NCBI GenBank assembly: GCA_030704615.1
Contig: CM060734.1
Coordinates: 7,874,001-7,938,000, forward strand
DNA length: 64,000 bases
From: Takakia lepidozioides
Taxonomy: Eukaryota > Plantae > Bryophyta
Reading direction: 5' to 3'
The notes under the pieces are model-generated. The model saw only the letters and a program-made list of their open reading frames with translations. It searched no databases and had not been told where the DNA came from. The translations under genes and the position numbers were made by a program. Positions 38,752 to 49,856 of the stretch are shown in pieces; the stretch's first letter is position 1; the number at the start of each line of letters is the position of its first letter.

Positions 38752-39460
38752 TGGGATCTTACCCTCATTGGGAACAAAGAGTGGCCGATGTCATTTACTC
38801 GGCCACCATCTCATAACTACAACATGCAGCTCACTACCACTGATTATCCCGATGCTCCATACAGGGAAGTCACCTGCCCTTTTGATCAATGTGCCCCCCA
38901 TGCTGCTCTCCATGCCTGCTGTCCACCCTGGTCTAATGTCACTGCTCTAAATCATGTTAGCCAGCAAAGTGCTACATACGCTCTTATCACCTTACTAATG
39001 GCTAAGCTCTTTGTCCAAAGAAAGCCACCCAGCCTAATACCATCATATATGGATATGCTTCTCCAATTCTTCTTATGGCTGTCTGGTTATCCCATCACCC
39101 CACCTACCTGTTTTACTTCCACCTAGTTTCTCACCTCGCTATAATGTCAACACACAACTCATCTCATCCCCCCTCTCTTGCAGACTGGAGGAGTACCTGC
39201 CCACTGTCAAGCACTTGTACAAGACTGACAATACTGGCTCAAAGTGCTCATATATGTTATTTCTTGAACGGCTGCCACTCAACACACTACCACTCTCCTT
39301 TACACAATACTTGGATCTACTGGCTACCTTGGAAAAATGCTACCTCACTCTATTGCTCTAACCCCCGCAGTGCTCTTCTATGCTATTCCTTGAACGATTG
39401 CCAATCAGTACATTACCACTTTCCTTTTCAAGATACTTGGAACTATTGGCTGCCGGGGGA

Positions 39461-39678
39461 AAATGCTACCTTGGGAAAATGTTACCTTGGGAACCACTCT
39501 CTTCCAAAAGATATTCGGAACTACTGGCTACCGTGGGAAAATGCTACCTTGGGAAAGTGTTACCTTGGGAAAATGCTACCTTGCGGAAATGCTACCTTGG
39601 GAATGTGCCACCTTGGGAAAATGCTACCTTGCGGAAGTGCTACCTTGGGAAAATGTTACCTTGGGGAAATTGTTACCT
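39461..39678. repeat. 16-bp minisatellite (aatgctaccttgggaa), ~11 units
   Basis: Directly visible tandem array with one interruption. Confidence 0.92.
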
Positions 39679-39785
39679 CGGGCCCCTTCAAAAATGATTC
39701 GGTTATACTGGTTACCATGGGAAGATCCTCCTTCCTACTTTTGCTGTACAATGCACCTCACCTGCTGGGGTTCATGAAACTTTGA

Positions 39786-39866
39786 AAATCACTCTGGAAA
39801 TCACTCTGAACATCACTCTGAACATCACTCTGGACATCACTCTAAAAATCACTATGGAAATCACTT
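39786..39866. repeat. 11-12-bp tandem repeat (aaatcactctgg), ~7 units
   Basis: Directly visible. Confidence 0.9.
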
Positions 39867-39899
39867 CACATGTAAACTTCCATATTTCCCTCCCCTAGT

Positions 39900-42800
39900 C
39901 ATGATTTTACGCAGCGACCCACGCAATTTCTCTCCAGCTCATAATATGTATGACAGACGTATCTGTTTTTACTCGCCAATACACTTCCCACAACATATAC
40001 CCCACCTACGATACGCCGACCCACGCGATTTCTCTCCAGCTCATAATACATACAGCATTCGTATTCGTTTTCCCTCACGAGTGTTACCACCCACAAAATA
40101 TACCCCACCCACAATATGCCAACTCCCCCAATCCACTCTACGCTATGCACAGGTCACCCCCATCACACTATGTACCCACAACATAATTATTTCCCACCTG
40201 CCAGTATATCACCCATCATCACTGCCGTCATCCAAACCCCCGCGACCTGTCATCCATCCACAACATTTATATACCATACCTACGCCCACCCACCAGACCC
40301 ATCAGACCCCATCACCACAACACTTGCAATATTCCCACCTTACCTACTCTTCACTAGCAGCTCCAACCCATGCTCTACTCGTCAGCTCTTTGATCATATA
40401 GCCCCTCTACCACCTAGCCCTCAAGCTCTTAAAATCTCTCCCATATATATCAACCATACCGCTTAACCCACAGTCCGCATGGTAGAAACCCCATACACTT
40501 AGGTAGATCTAAACACTACTACCCCACTCCCCATATCCCGCTCCACTGTACCACTCAACTCACACCCACCACCTAGCACACTCCCATAATCGCCACATGC
40601 TCACCCCTAATCATATCCCCCGCACTCGGACTCCTCTCACCCATAACCGACACCTCATCCAATTACAAGGTCCCTTCATCCGCGCCTCTACCCAAATTCA
40701 TTCATCCGAGTATGTCGCCCACTTATCCTATTTTCCCCACTCTAATTAAATCTATATTCCCCACCCACCATACACTCATATTAAATTTTTACCAACCCCA
40801 CCATATGAGCTCCCGCACAACAAACCCCTTCCAATGCCACCGGATGAATCCACACACTAATCTAAACACAATAAAATCCCCCCCACACACACATGCAACC
40901 AGCTCCACTCGTACCCACTATGCTATCACCAAATCCATCCCCCTCATACACCTTTTTAGCAACTACCCCCCACGTACCCCTACCCCCCGTTTCCTCAAAA
41001 TCTAACTTATAACCCACTGCCCACATGGGAGATATCACCAGAAACCTCTCGCATCTAAACATTCTTCTCACCACCCACCGTCCCACTTTAAGTCCTATAA
41101 ACTTGCCTGTGAAATGCTTATACTACTACGTTGCGGCGACATCCACCCAAACCCAGGCCCCTCTACCATCACTAGCATCATCAACAAGCTTTCAAAGGAC
41201 CATAAAGACAGATATGCACTATATTTCCAAACAGACACTGTCTCACTCGTACCTGCATATCAACACCTTAGTGGTCACTTCTCTCCCTTTCTCCCCAACC
41301 CTTCCACTGGTCAATAACCGCAAACCCACACACCCAATTGCCACCTTCGGGCTCCCTGCCTGCCAACACCCATCTCTAAACAATGCCACCCATAAACTTA
41401 GCACATACCCCATACAACACCTCATATTCTCACTAATCATCATCATCTCCCCAATACCCTCAATATGCAATGACTACTTTCGAACCCAACCAAACACACA
41501 CATTTGTTCACTACTACAACAACTGCATGATTTACCTACACAACCTCACAGATATCTAGCACCCCCACACTACCTACACAACCTCCACGAATCTCTCGGC
41601 CTACTACAAGCCAAGCCCGGAGAAGTCCATAGGATTCTTGGCGAACACCTGGCATACCCAACTGCAACCATACACGAGCTAGATACTATCGCCAACAAAT
41701 TCCCATTCCTCTCCAAAAAAATTCTCACTGCAACCCTTCAAGCCAAGACAAGCATCCCTGGATATCACCCCCCGTCCATGACACCGCCATCCACCACCCC
41801 ATCCTGCATGCCCAGCTCCACCAGTGACCCACCTCCAACACCCCCTAGGTCCCACAGTCCCCCACACACCTCCTCCTCCCAGCAAACACACGCACTCAAA
41901 CATACTTACTTGGAATGTAGGATCACTTGCCACCAGCATTCAAAGCCTTATCCATCTCACGGATTCTACACCCCCGCATATTATCATAGTACAAGAAACT
42001 AAGCTCAACACACACAACCCCAATAGTTCATATATCAACAAACTCCTTCCAGCCTACTATATATTATATGGTAACTCATTCACAGCCGCATAATGCCTAA
42101 CTAGACGCTCCGCGCCATACCATCCTACCCAGGGCGGGGTGGCTTTTGGTATCCTCCGCACACATCACTCCCCTAGCACCACGGTCAAAATACCTGTCGC
42201 TCTCCCCCTCCAATCACACCTTCAAATCATCAAACTACACCTCCCCGCGCTCCCCCCCATTATCCTTATACACTTGTACATGCCCTCACACGCCGAAGAT
42301 CTCCCCCTAATCCTTGATATCCTACTCACCATCTCCAACACACTAACCCAATCCTCTATCCACTCCCATCACTACATTCTAGCAGGCGATTTCAACAGGG
42401 ACATTACCCTCATGGGTCACACATACAACGGTATACACGAAACTTCATCCCTTGTAGACCAGGAATGGGCCAAATTTACTCAATCGACACACCACCTCCG
42501 TTATATACCCGCCAATCATCATTATTCCAGACAAGGTGGACTCAACTATTCATCCTTAAGCTTTCTTGACGGCTTCTACCTCAAGACACAAAAATGACAT
42601 CCCAACGTACCTTAACAGTCATGTGCACATTAATAGTTTATGCAACTCAGACCATTATCCCGTTTCAGTAACCATCCCACCATCCCTCATCCCCTTTAGA
42701 CCTATTCCACCCATACATGTTCCACCGCCGCAATCTAGAATTTTATTCCCACTCCCCTACAATAACATAGTCACCTTCCTCAAGTACTTCCAACCAACAT

Positions 42801-43990
42801 CCTCACACCTTATGCTAAAACTCTCCGACATACTCTCTGAAGCAAACCTCGCGCAATCCCTTGACAAAGCCTGGATCGAAGCCGAGATCATACTCACAAC
42901 TTCAATGAAAGAAATGACCAAAAGTATCATTGCCACCTGCTCTGCCCCTTCGGAAATCCCACAAACCACACGCTCAAAACAAAATGGTGGCTACCTTACC
43001 CGTACTAAAAAACGTACATCACATCTTAACACATACCACACGATCAGATGTGCCCTCACTATTATACCTACCACTACCCCCATACACCCGGGGAATAACT
43101 GGACATCGGATCCACGTATCACTTGCCTAAATACCCTAACAACATGTCAAGCACTTATGCCTCCACCTGCCAATCCCCAAGATATTCCTAACTAGATAGC
43201 TGCTCTCTCCGAAGTTGGAAGAGATGCAAAAAAAAACCACTTACAGTATTATCAAACAAAAAGCCGCCGCGAATCACAAAAAAATTCTCTCCTCTTTTAA
43301 ACCAATTGCTACGCGACCACCCCAAAAAAGCTCACAAAGCCATCTTTAACCCTACCCTCAACCCACCCATCGATTGTCTCAAACACAGGCATGGCCACCT
43401 ACTAACCAATCCAACGGACATCAACCAAGAAATATGGTCACAAGCATCCTCAACCTACACACCCACAGTTACAAATTGTTTACATCCCAGTCTCCACACT
43501 GCCAACTGTATGTGTAAAGCTAAATATTATCCATGGCATGATATAGATGGCTTTTTGATTGACAACAGAGGATCCCCAACGGACCGCATTCTATTATTCA
43601 CAATAGATCTCTACGTATCATGTCTCAGAAAACTATCTAAATCTAAAGCCTCGGGCCCCGATCTTATACTAAATGCCATACTTCAAGCATTGGACCCTCA
43701 ACTTCATCACCTCCTTTTTAAATTCTTTCAACTATGCTACAAAGTGAAACGAATTCCATACTCCTGGAAGCATAGCCGCACCACTTTACTCTTTAAAAAA
43801 TGTGACCTTACAGATCTCAGTAATTACAGGCCCATAACACTGGCCAATACCATATACAAGCTATTCACCAGCACGCTCACCACAATGCTCTCAAGCTATG
43901 GCGAACAACACCAAATTCTCAGTGACCCCCAAGAAGGATTCCGAGCTACGCGTAGTACAACAAAACAAATACAATATGTTTTATCCCTCA
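39900..43990 (+). mobile_element. Degraded APE-type non-LTR retrotransposon: 2A-like motif, AP endonuclease, N-terminal RT; 3'-truncated
   Basis: APE motifs 'ILTWNVGSL', 'IIIVQETKL', 'GGVA', 'LYMP', 'ILAGDFN', 'SDHYPV'. RT motifs 'KASGPDLI', 'NYRPITLANTIYKLFT', 'QEGFR'. Confidence 0.9.
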
Positions 43991-44179
43991 ATTCCCAAGG
44001 TCATAAAGTAACAATCAGGAAAGAATCTTATATCAGACTTTTAGTGTTTACCCACCCCTTGTTTTGGATAAAAACATGTGTACAAAACCAAAGGGGGCAG
44101 GTATTGGGACTTAGGTAATGAAGTCTGGTAGGGGTTTACCACCTTGTATTCAAACGAAACCTCTACCAGCAGCATATCA

Positions 44180-44560
44180 GAATTGGGTATTTTTTATGGT
44201 GCTATAAATAGCAAAGCCATAACCAGGAGAAACATAGAAACATTTGAGCCAAATAAATGGAACTCATTCTTATCATAAGGTATCTAAATTTGACATAAGG
44301 CATCGGCTACAGGGGACCGGCAAACAAGAGTAATGTGCATTGACCGGATCATGTATAAGGTGTACACGTCTAATCCAGCAAGCTGTCTTACCAAGGCCTA
44401 GCTCAAAATTTCAGCATTCAGAAGCCCTATAGATGTTCTATGCTTATCTCAGGTACCTTCAAGGATGCCTTACTCTCCATGCCCAATTAGCCAACATATT
44501 TTTGCTGGAGAAGATCTTACCTTATGAAGGACTTGCTTGCTCCACACCATGGTCATGGCG
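44180..44560 (+). repeat. Dispersed repeat of unknown family; inverted homolog at ~52830-53190
   Basis: 'aggcatcggctacagggga...gtaatgt.cattgaccggatcatgta.aaggtgtacac' matches the reverse complement of 53030-53097. Confidence 0.8.
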
Positions 44561-45587
44561 GGAGAGGAGGTTGATATCTCATGGCTTTGGCCTTCTCATG
44601 GCTTTGGCCTTCCCATTGCCTTGGGTTCATCAATTCAATCGGGAACATATTTGATAACCTTTTGTCATGCTCAGACCAAGGTGTTAGTAAATCAAACATA
44701 AAACTGAAAACAGAAGGGAGATTGGTTGATAATGTGTACAAGAACCACCAAGTACACTGGTCTAAATCAGAGAGGGAAGATACTTATGTCTTGTCAAGAC
44801 ATGGACAAAGACCTGACAAGGTCATTGTAAAATTAATGACAAATCAGCCTCATAACAAGGCATTATCAACCATTCTTCATTCACAAGTCAGCTTTATGAC
44901 AAATCCCAGATTTCAAAGTCAATGAAATCTCTGGGTGGGGGGGGGGTGGGAAAAATTAGAGACTCAATTACCACTGTTCATAGCAGGAAACCATTGTTCA
45001 GCATGCTAAAAAGTGCCATTCATGACATGCCATGTCATTCAGTCTGTATTTTTTGGTCAGCTTACATACCAAGGCATAACCAACCATCCTAATTTATTGT
45101 TGGCCCAAAAACTAGTATAGTTTTGGGTTCTTTGTATCATTGGACATACCAAAGTGACTGAACAGTAGGTATCCATGTCCAAATAAAGATCCATTGATCA
45201 CTGTTCATGGCTGGAAATGTCTGTTTGTCTTAAAGAAGCCATTTATGATCATAGAAGGCTTAAGAACAAAATAAGAGCATTTCTTTACATAAAGAACATC
45301 ACCAAAGCAGGGTTACAAGACTGATATTTGGCAGCTTATACAACATTGACCAGCAAGAGAAAGGAGATGAAGCCTGGAAACGATGCCTTTACAGGTGCGA
45401 AATGGACTGTGCTTCTTTGTTTTGCATAAACACACTCTCCTCCATCCAACCTGTTTTTGGCTGGCTCATATGAGTTTGTGGTGGAGTGTACTGTGCCGCA
45501 TACTCTTTTAGGGGGTCTTCGTGATGAGGTGGAAACGCTGGGAGACAATATTTGCATTGCATGATGAGGCTGTCTCTGTTCCTGCAG

Positions 45588-46801
45588 GTACATAAAGTAT
45601 GTTCTCATGGCAGAGAACTGCTTGGACAAACATCCTGATTTCGTGGACCTTTGGCTTGTCCCTGCTGGCAATCATACCATGTTTACTACGGGGATCTTGC
45701 ATGACTGGGGCCCATACCATCTTTCTGCTTGTGGTTGGTATTTGGATTGCCCTGCTTCTGAGACCCCAGCTCAGGAGGTGTCTTTGAGGAGAGAAAATGA
45801 GCGTATAGCAACCAGCGCCGCAGCAGCCGACCTCGAAATTCATGATAGAAATTTGAGGACTCTTGCAGAGAAGGAGCCTCCCGCTCAGGATACACCGGGT
45901 AAAGGTAGAAAGGGAAAGGGAAAGGATGTTGCTAGTGGTGTGGGGAAAGGAAGGGATAGGGGGTACTGGCGGTGGATTTTCTCCTTTTGCAATTTCTTTC
46001 TGTCCGATGCAGGTGTTTTGGTGCTCATCCTGTCCATCGATCTTCGCTGTCGCCGTGCAGTTGCCAGCTATTTGAAAGCCTCCGAATCTGCCTTCTTATT
46101 CCTCTTCTTGGTGGTTCTCGGATGGAGTTGCATAGGTCGCTCAAATGAATATGTAGGGGCCTGGTTTTCAAGCTTCTTAGTTCCTTGTGTATGTCATGTT
46201 CGCAGACTCGTTTGTTTGAAGCTGTTTGTCTCATCCGATTGCATCCACCTACAACTCCAGCCGTCATTAGGGAGTTCGCCATCACTCATGGGGGCAAGTT
46301 CATAGACGAGAGGACAGATTTTCCCACGGATGACATGCACCACAACTACGTAGACAGCAACGTGTGCTTGCGAAGGGGGAATGGGGTTCCTTGGAGAGGG
46401 GCCAGGGAGAGGAGCCCGGCTTTCATTCAGACGATTGTGGAGTGTTGCACCTACACAAACGCCAGAGTTCTGGATTTGTCAATGGGCACAGGTTCGTCTC
46501 TTCAACATTCACATTTCATGAGGTTTGTTTGAGCTTGCATTTTCAGCTCTTCCCACCGTTCCAAATGTGTCTTCAATGTCTGTTTCCTTCATTGTATTCC
46601 ACTGCAGGTGCCTCGTACCACGCTTGCAAGGCCAGTGCGCGACATCTCTTTGGGATTGAAGGGGATGCCGAGATTTACAAGAACCTCCTGATGGGTTTGG
46701 GTGGACACACTTCTCAAGTCTTTCCGAAGCCCCTACCCGCTGATATTGATACAGGGGAGACTTCCGACAAGGAGCTGGACTCCGACTTTGCCTATGAGTA
46801 A
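45588..46801 (+). CDS. Intron-containing beta-class DNA amino-methyltransferase-like gene (N4-C/N6-A family), probably 5'-incomplete
   Basis: Removing intron 46492-46607 (GT..AG, phase 1) joins 'ERSPAFIQTIVECCTYTNARVLDLSMGTG' to 'ASYHACKASARHLFGIEGDAEIY' (motifs X, I, II). Upstream are 'WIFSFCNFFLSDAGVLVL' and 'YLDCPA'. A candidate phase-0 intron 46111-46205 gives one open frame of 327 aa from Met 45607. Confidence 0.7.
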
Positions 46802-47781
46802 GTTCAACCTGTGGATGCTTGCATTGTTGTTTCAATACCCAGAATCATTGTTCTTAAGGCGAAGTGCACATGGGAGACATTCTCTTCGTTGGACTTGTGC
46901 ATTGCATCATTGTGTTCAAAATGGGTTTTTGTCGACTTGTGCAGGAGTCCGCGTGCTTCCACTGACCCTCCAGGGCTATCACACCTTTTTGGACTTCTTT
47001 CAAGTCCTCCTCAGTCTTACGTGCTACCTGTCTATGCGGAGGCACTCGCAGCAAGCATGTCCGTTCATGGCACTCACAGTCCAACAATCGACGGCCGTGG
47101 TAGAAGACGTGGTGTTGGGGCCGGAATCTTTGTGGATGACATAGCACAAGAGGTCGATACTGATTCTGATGACTGTGACACTTGATATGAAGTTTTCTTT
47201 TGCTTTTATTCAATTTGGAAATGGGATGGTTGTGTGTCCCTGTTGTCCTGTTTGCAATGTGTGCGTGGGATGCAAATTCATGGGAATAGACTATCGTTGG
47301 AGGTGGGGGTTGCATGGACTGCCCGAATTGTTCCTTCAATCTATTTAGTGTTTTGCGGAGCTCACAGGCTTGTTAGCATTGCAAAAACAAACAAACATCT
47401 TTGGTTCGGGTAGAACATTCTCCCATCGTTTGCTCGTTGGTCTCCAAACCATTCCTGCTAGAAGAATGCTTGGTAAATCCATCACGTTAAAGTCCACGTG
47501 ATCAAAGATCGTTCAGGCATTCTCAATTCTGGTGAGCATCCATGATGCTCCCGCACATACTTGGCATGTTCGCAAAGGTGGTGAGTAAGAAAAGATTTCG
47601 CAGGGATCCGCTTTGGATGATGTGAGTGTGTACCTGCTCATGACGTAGCCACATTCCAATGCAGGGGCTTGGTATGTTTATAACGTCTAAATGGATGCAA
47701 TGGATAGTAAGGATGGATACAATGGATGTAACACAACCAGTCTGCATTCGCTGCAAATGGCTGATCAACCCGCGGTAGTAG

Positions 47782-48405
47782 ATGACACCCGCGGAAATAG
47801 GCCCTATATGCATACTGACGTGGCGTGAGCCTGTGCTGGGCTCACGGTTTCCTGGGCTCACAGGCTCACGCCTCCGGGCTCATGGAATAGCACCCCCCAT
47901 AAAGAAGCCAACCTTCGAACTCGCATTGAGGTGGTTCCCTTTGCACTTTGGCGCGAAGCGGGCGTATGCCCGTGAGTTAGACCGCCGGTTTCCGGGCAAT
48001 TGAAGTGACACAAGGGTGATGGAGATGGTGGGGCGAAACTTGAAGGACAGGAGGTACCGTGCCAGACAGATCATTCGGAGGGCAATGGAAAAGGGGGCCA
48101 TACCCAAACCACCTTATGGAATTACACAGGTTGGCAAATCCTGAATCATGTCACCTTCCATTTGTCGCATGTGCATTAATGAGGTGGATTCGATGCAACG
48201 TATGTGTGTAATTCACTAATTGTTGGGGGGGGGGGGGGGGGGGGGGGCATAGGTATCGTGGGATGCACTCATTGCGGGAGAGACTGATGCCGCAACAAAG
48301 CCAAATTTGACCGGGTACGCGAAGCAACAACAGTCCACCTTAACAAGCACGAATCCACACACAAGTGGGGCGCCGGCGGATCCAAGGGTTTTATCTTGCG
48401 ATTTG
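47782..48405 (+). mobile_element. CACTA TnpA-like (Ptta/En/Spm) degraded exons
   Basis: 'MEMVGRNLKDRRYRAR' and 'HKWGAGGSKGF' resemble TnpA-type segments. Lies just inside the CACTA terminus. Confidence 0.4.
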
Positions 48406-49059
48406 TAAGTCGTACTTCCCTATGGATTTTGTTATGTCTTCTTTCTGGCTCCATCATTGCGAAGAACTGACTTTAATTTGTGGCATGTGTAGCAACATGC
48501 GTTTGAGAAGAAGCCATCTCCGGTAGAGTACAACTACGCCAAGGAGCATGGTTGGCAATCCCTCATGAAGAACATGGCCAACACGGAGGGGATGAGTGCA
48601 CTACAGGGCACTAGTATGGATGAGGTCGGGGGTCATGGCCAGGGATTGGATGAGAGCTCTGTGGGACTTAGGGGAACGCCGCCTCATTTAGGTGCTCTGG
48701 CAAAGGGCGCGGAGTCATCAGGCTCATCGGATAGCTCTGAGTCCTCCACTGAGGATGAGGACGAGGATGACTAGTCCTAGTCCATGTAGGTCCCAGGGTC
48801 AGCCTACTGAACCCTTGTGAGCTTTTTAGTTCAATTCCTGTAAATATATTTCCATCTTTCCATCTTCCATCTTATTCATGTGTCACACCGTCCTCACCCT
48901 CGATTCATGCTTGCTCAATTGTTAAATCAGAGAAATGGAACTGTAAGGTCTCCCATCCCCAAAAACAAAACCAGGCAAAAAACAAAAAACCACCCCCAAT
49001 TCACCCCCAAAATCAACCCCCACCCCCCCCCCCCCCCCCCCCCCACCGGGCTGCCCTCG

Positions 49060-49762
49060 CGACTGCAGGACGTCACCAATGGCGACTTGTTTTTGGGCTG
49101 GGGTCGCACGCCGCGACGGTCGGGCGTCGCCAATCCCATTTGCGGGCGGCAACCCCCGACACCCCCTGCGACGTGTTTTTTTGGTCCGGGGGTCGCAAGC
49201 CGCGACGCCCTGGCGTCGCGTAGCCCGCCACCCTGCCTGCGCCACGTTTTTTTTTTTTTGATTAAATATTTAAAAAAAACGACGCCAGAGCGTTGCCAAA
49301 ACCCACGCCCGGGCGTGGCGGAGTCCGACTCCTGTTCCTGTTGTTTTTCTTGCCACGCCCAATAGTCGCTTGGCGTACCACCCGGCTTACGCCACGTGTT
49401 TTTGGGTTTTATGATGGGACTCCCGGGCAGGTTAGAAAAAAAAAAAGGATGCGACGCCGTGCCGGCGCCCCCACCAACGCAGTCGGCTGGAGGGCCGCGA
49501 CGGCGAGACGTCGCTCGACGGAGGCCCCTGCCATTGGCGCAGACGGCCTGAAAAGCGATGTCCGGTAGTCGCGGGAGTTGGGACGGGGGCTCGCGACCCC
49601 CATACGTCGCATTTTTGCGACGTCATTTTGGCGACGCCCATGCGACTGTCGGGCGACGGCCGGGCGTCGCAAATTTTGCACTTGCCCCCTGCCCGAAAGG
49701 GGCGTTTTCCCGACGCTGCGGCGTGGCTCGGGCGTCACAAAGGCCCCCCTTTTCCTATAGTG
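49060..49762. mobile_element. CACTA (En/Spm) right terminus with GC-rich subterminal repeats
   Basis: Ends '...cccccttttcctatagtg' (reverse complement CACTATAGGAAAAGGGGG). Many direct and inverted GCGACGCC/GGCGTCGC motifs. Confidence 0.85.
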
Positions 49763-49856
49763 TGTAGAGGGAGAGCTTTACGAGAATGGGTCTGGTATGC
49801 ACTCCCTTACGGGGTGAGTGCATACCACACTCACTCCGTAAGGGACTGCCATGCCA
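49763..49856. repeat. 28-bp motif repeated at 53642-53669, followed by nested inverted repeats (probable terminus of another DNA element)
   Basis: tgtagagggagagctttacgagaatggg occurs twice. tggtatgcactc/gagtgcatacca and cccttacgg/ccgtaaggg are inverted pairs. Confidence 0.65.

Noticed and set aside
39461-39866. CRISPR array, or ORFs 39075-39785
   Set aside because: Head-to-tail repeats without unique spacers, in eukaryotic DNA. The ORFs are translations of the repeat.
21700-45500. Matching left CACTA terminus (CACTATAGGAAAA)
   Set aside because: Not found by eye, so element length and TSD cannot be stated.
25946-46801. Bacterial or phage contamination as the source of the ParB/MTase-like genes
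   Set aside because: They contain spliceosomal introns and are interleaved with plant SINE, LINE and CACTA sequence.
48880-49767. Many overlapping Arg/Pro/Gly-rich ORFs
   Set aside because: Artefacts of the GC-rich CACTA subterminal repeats.
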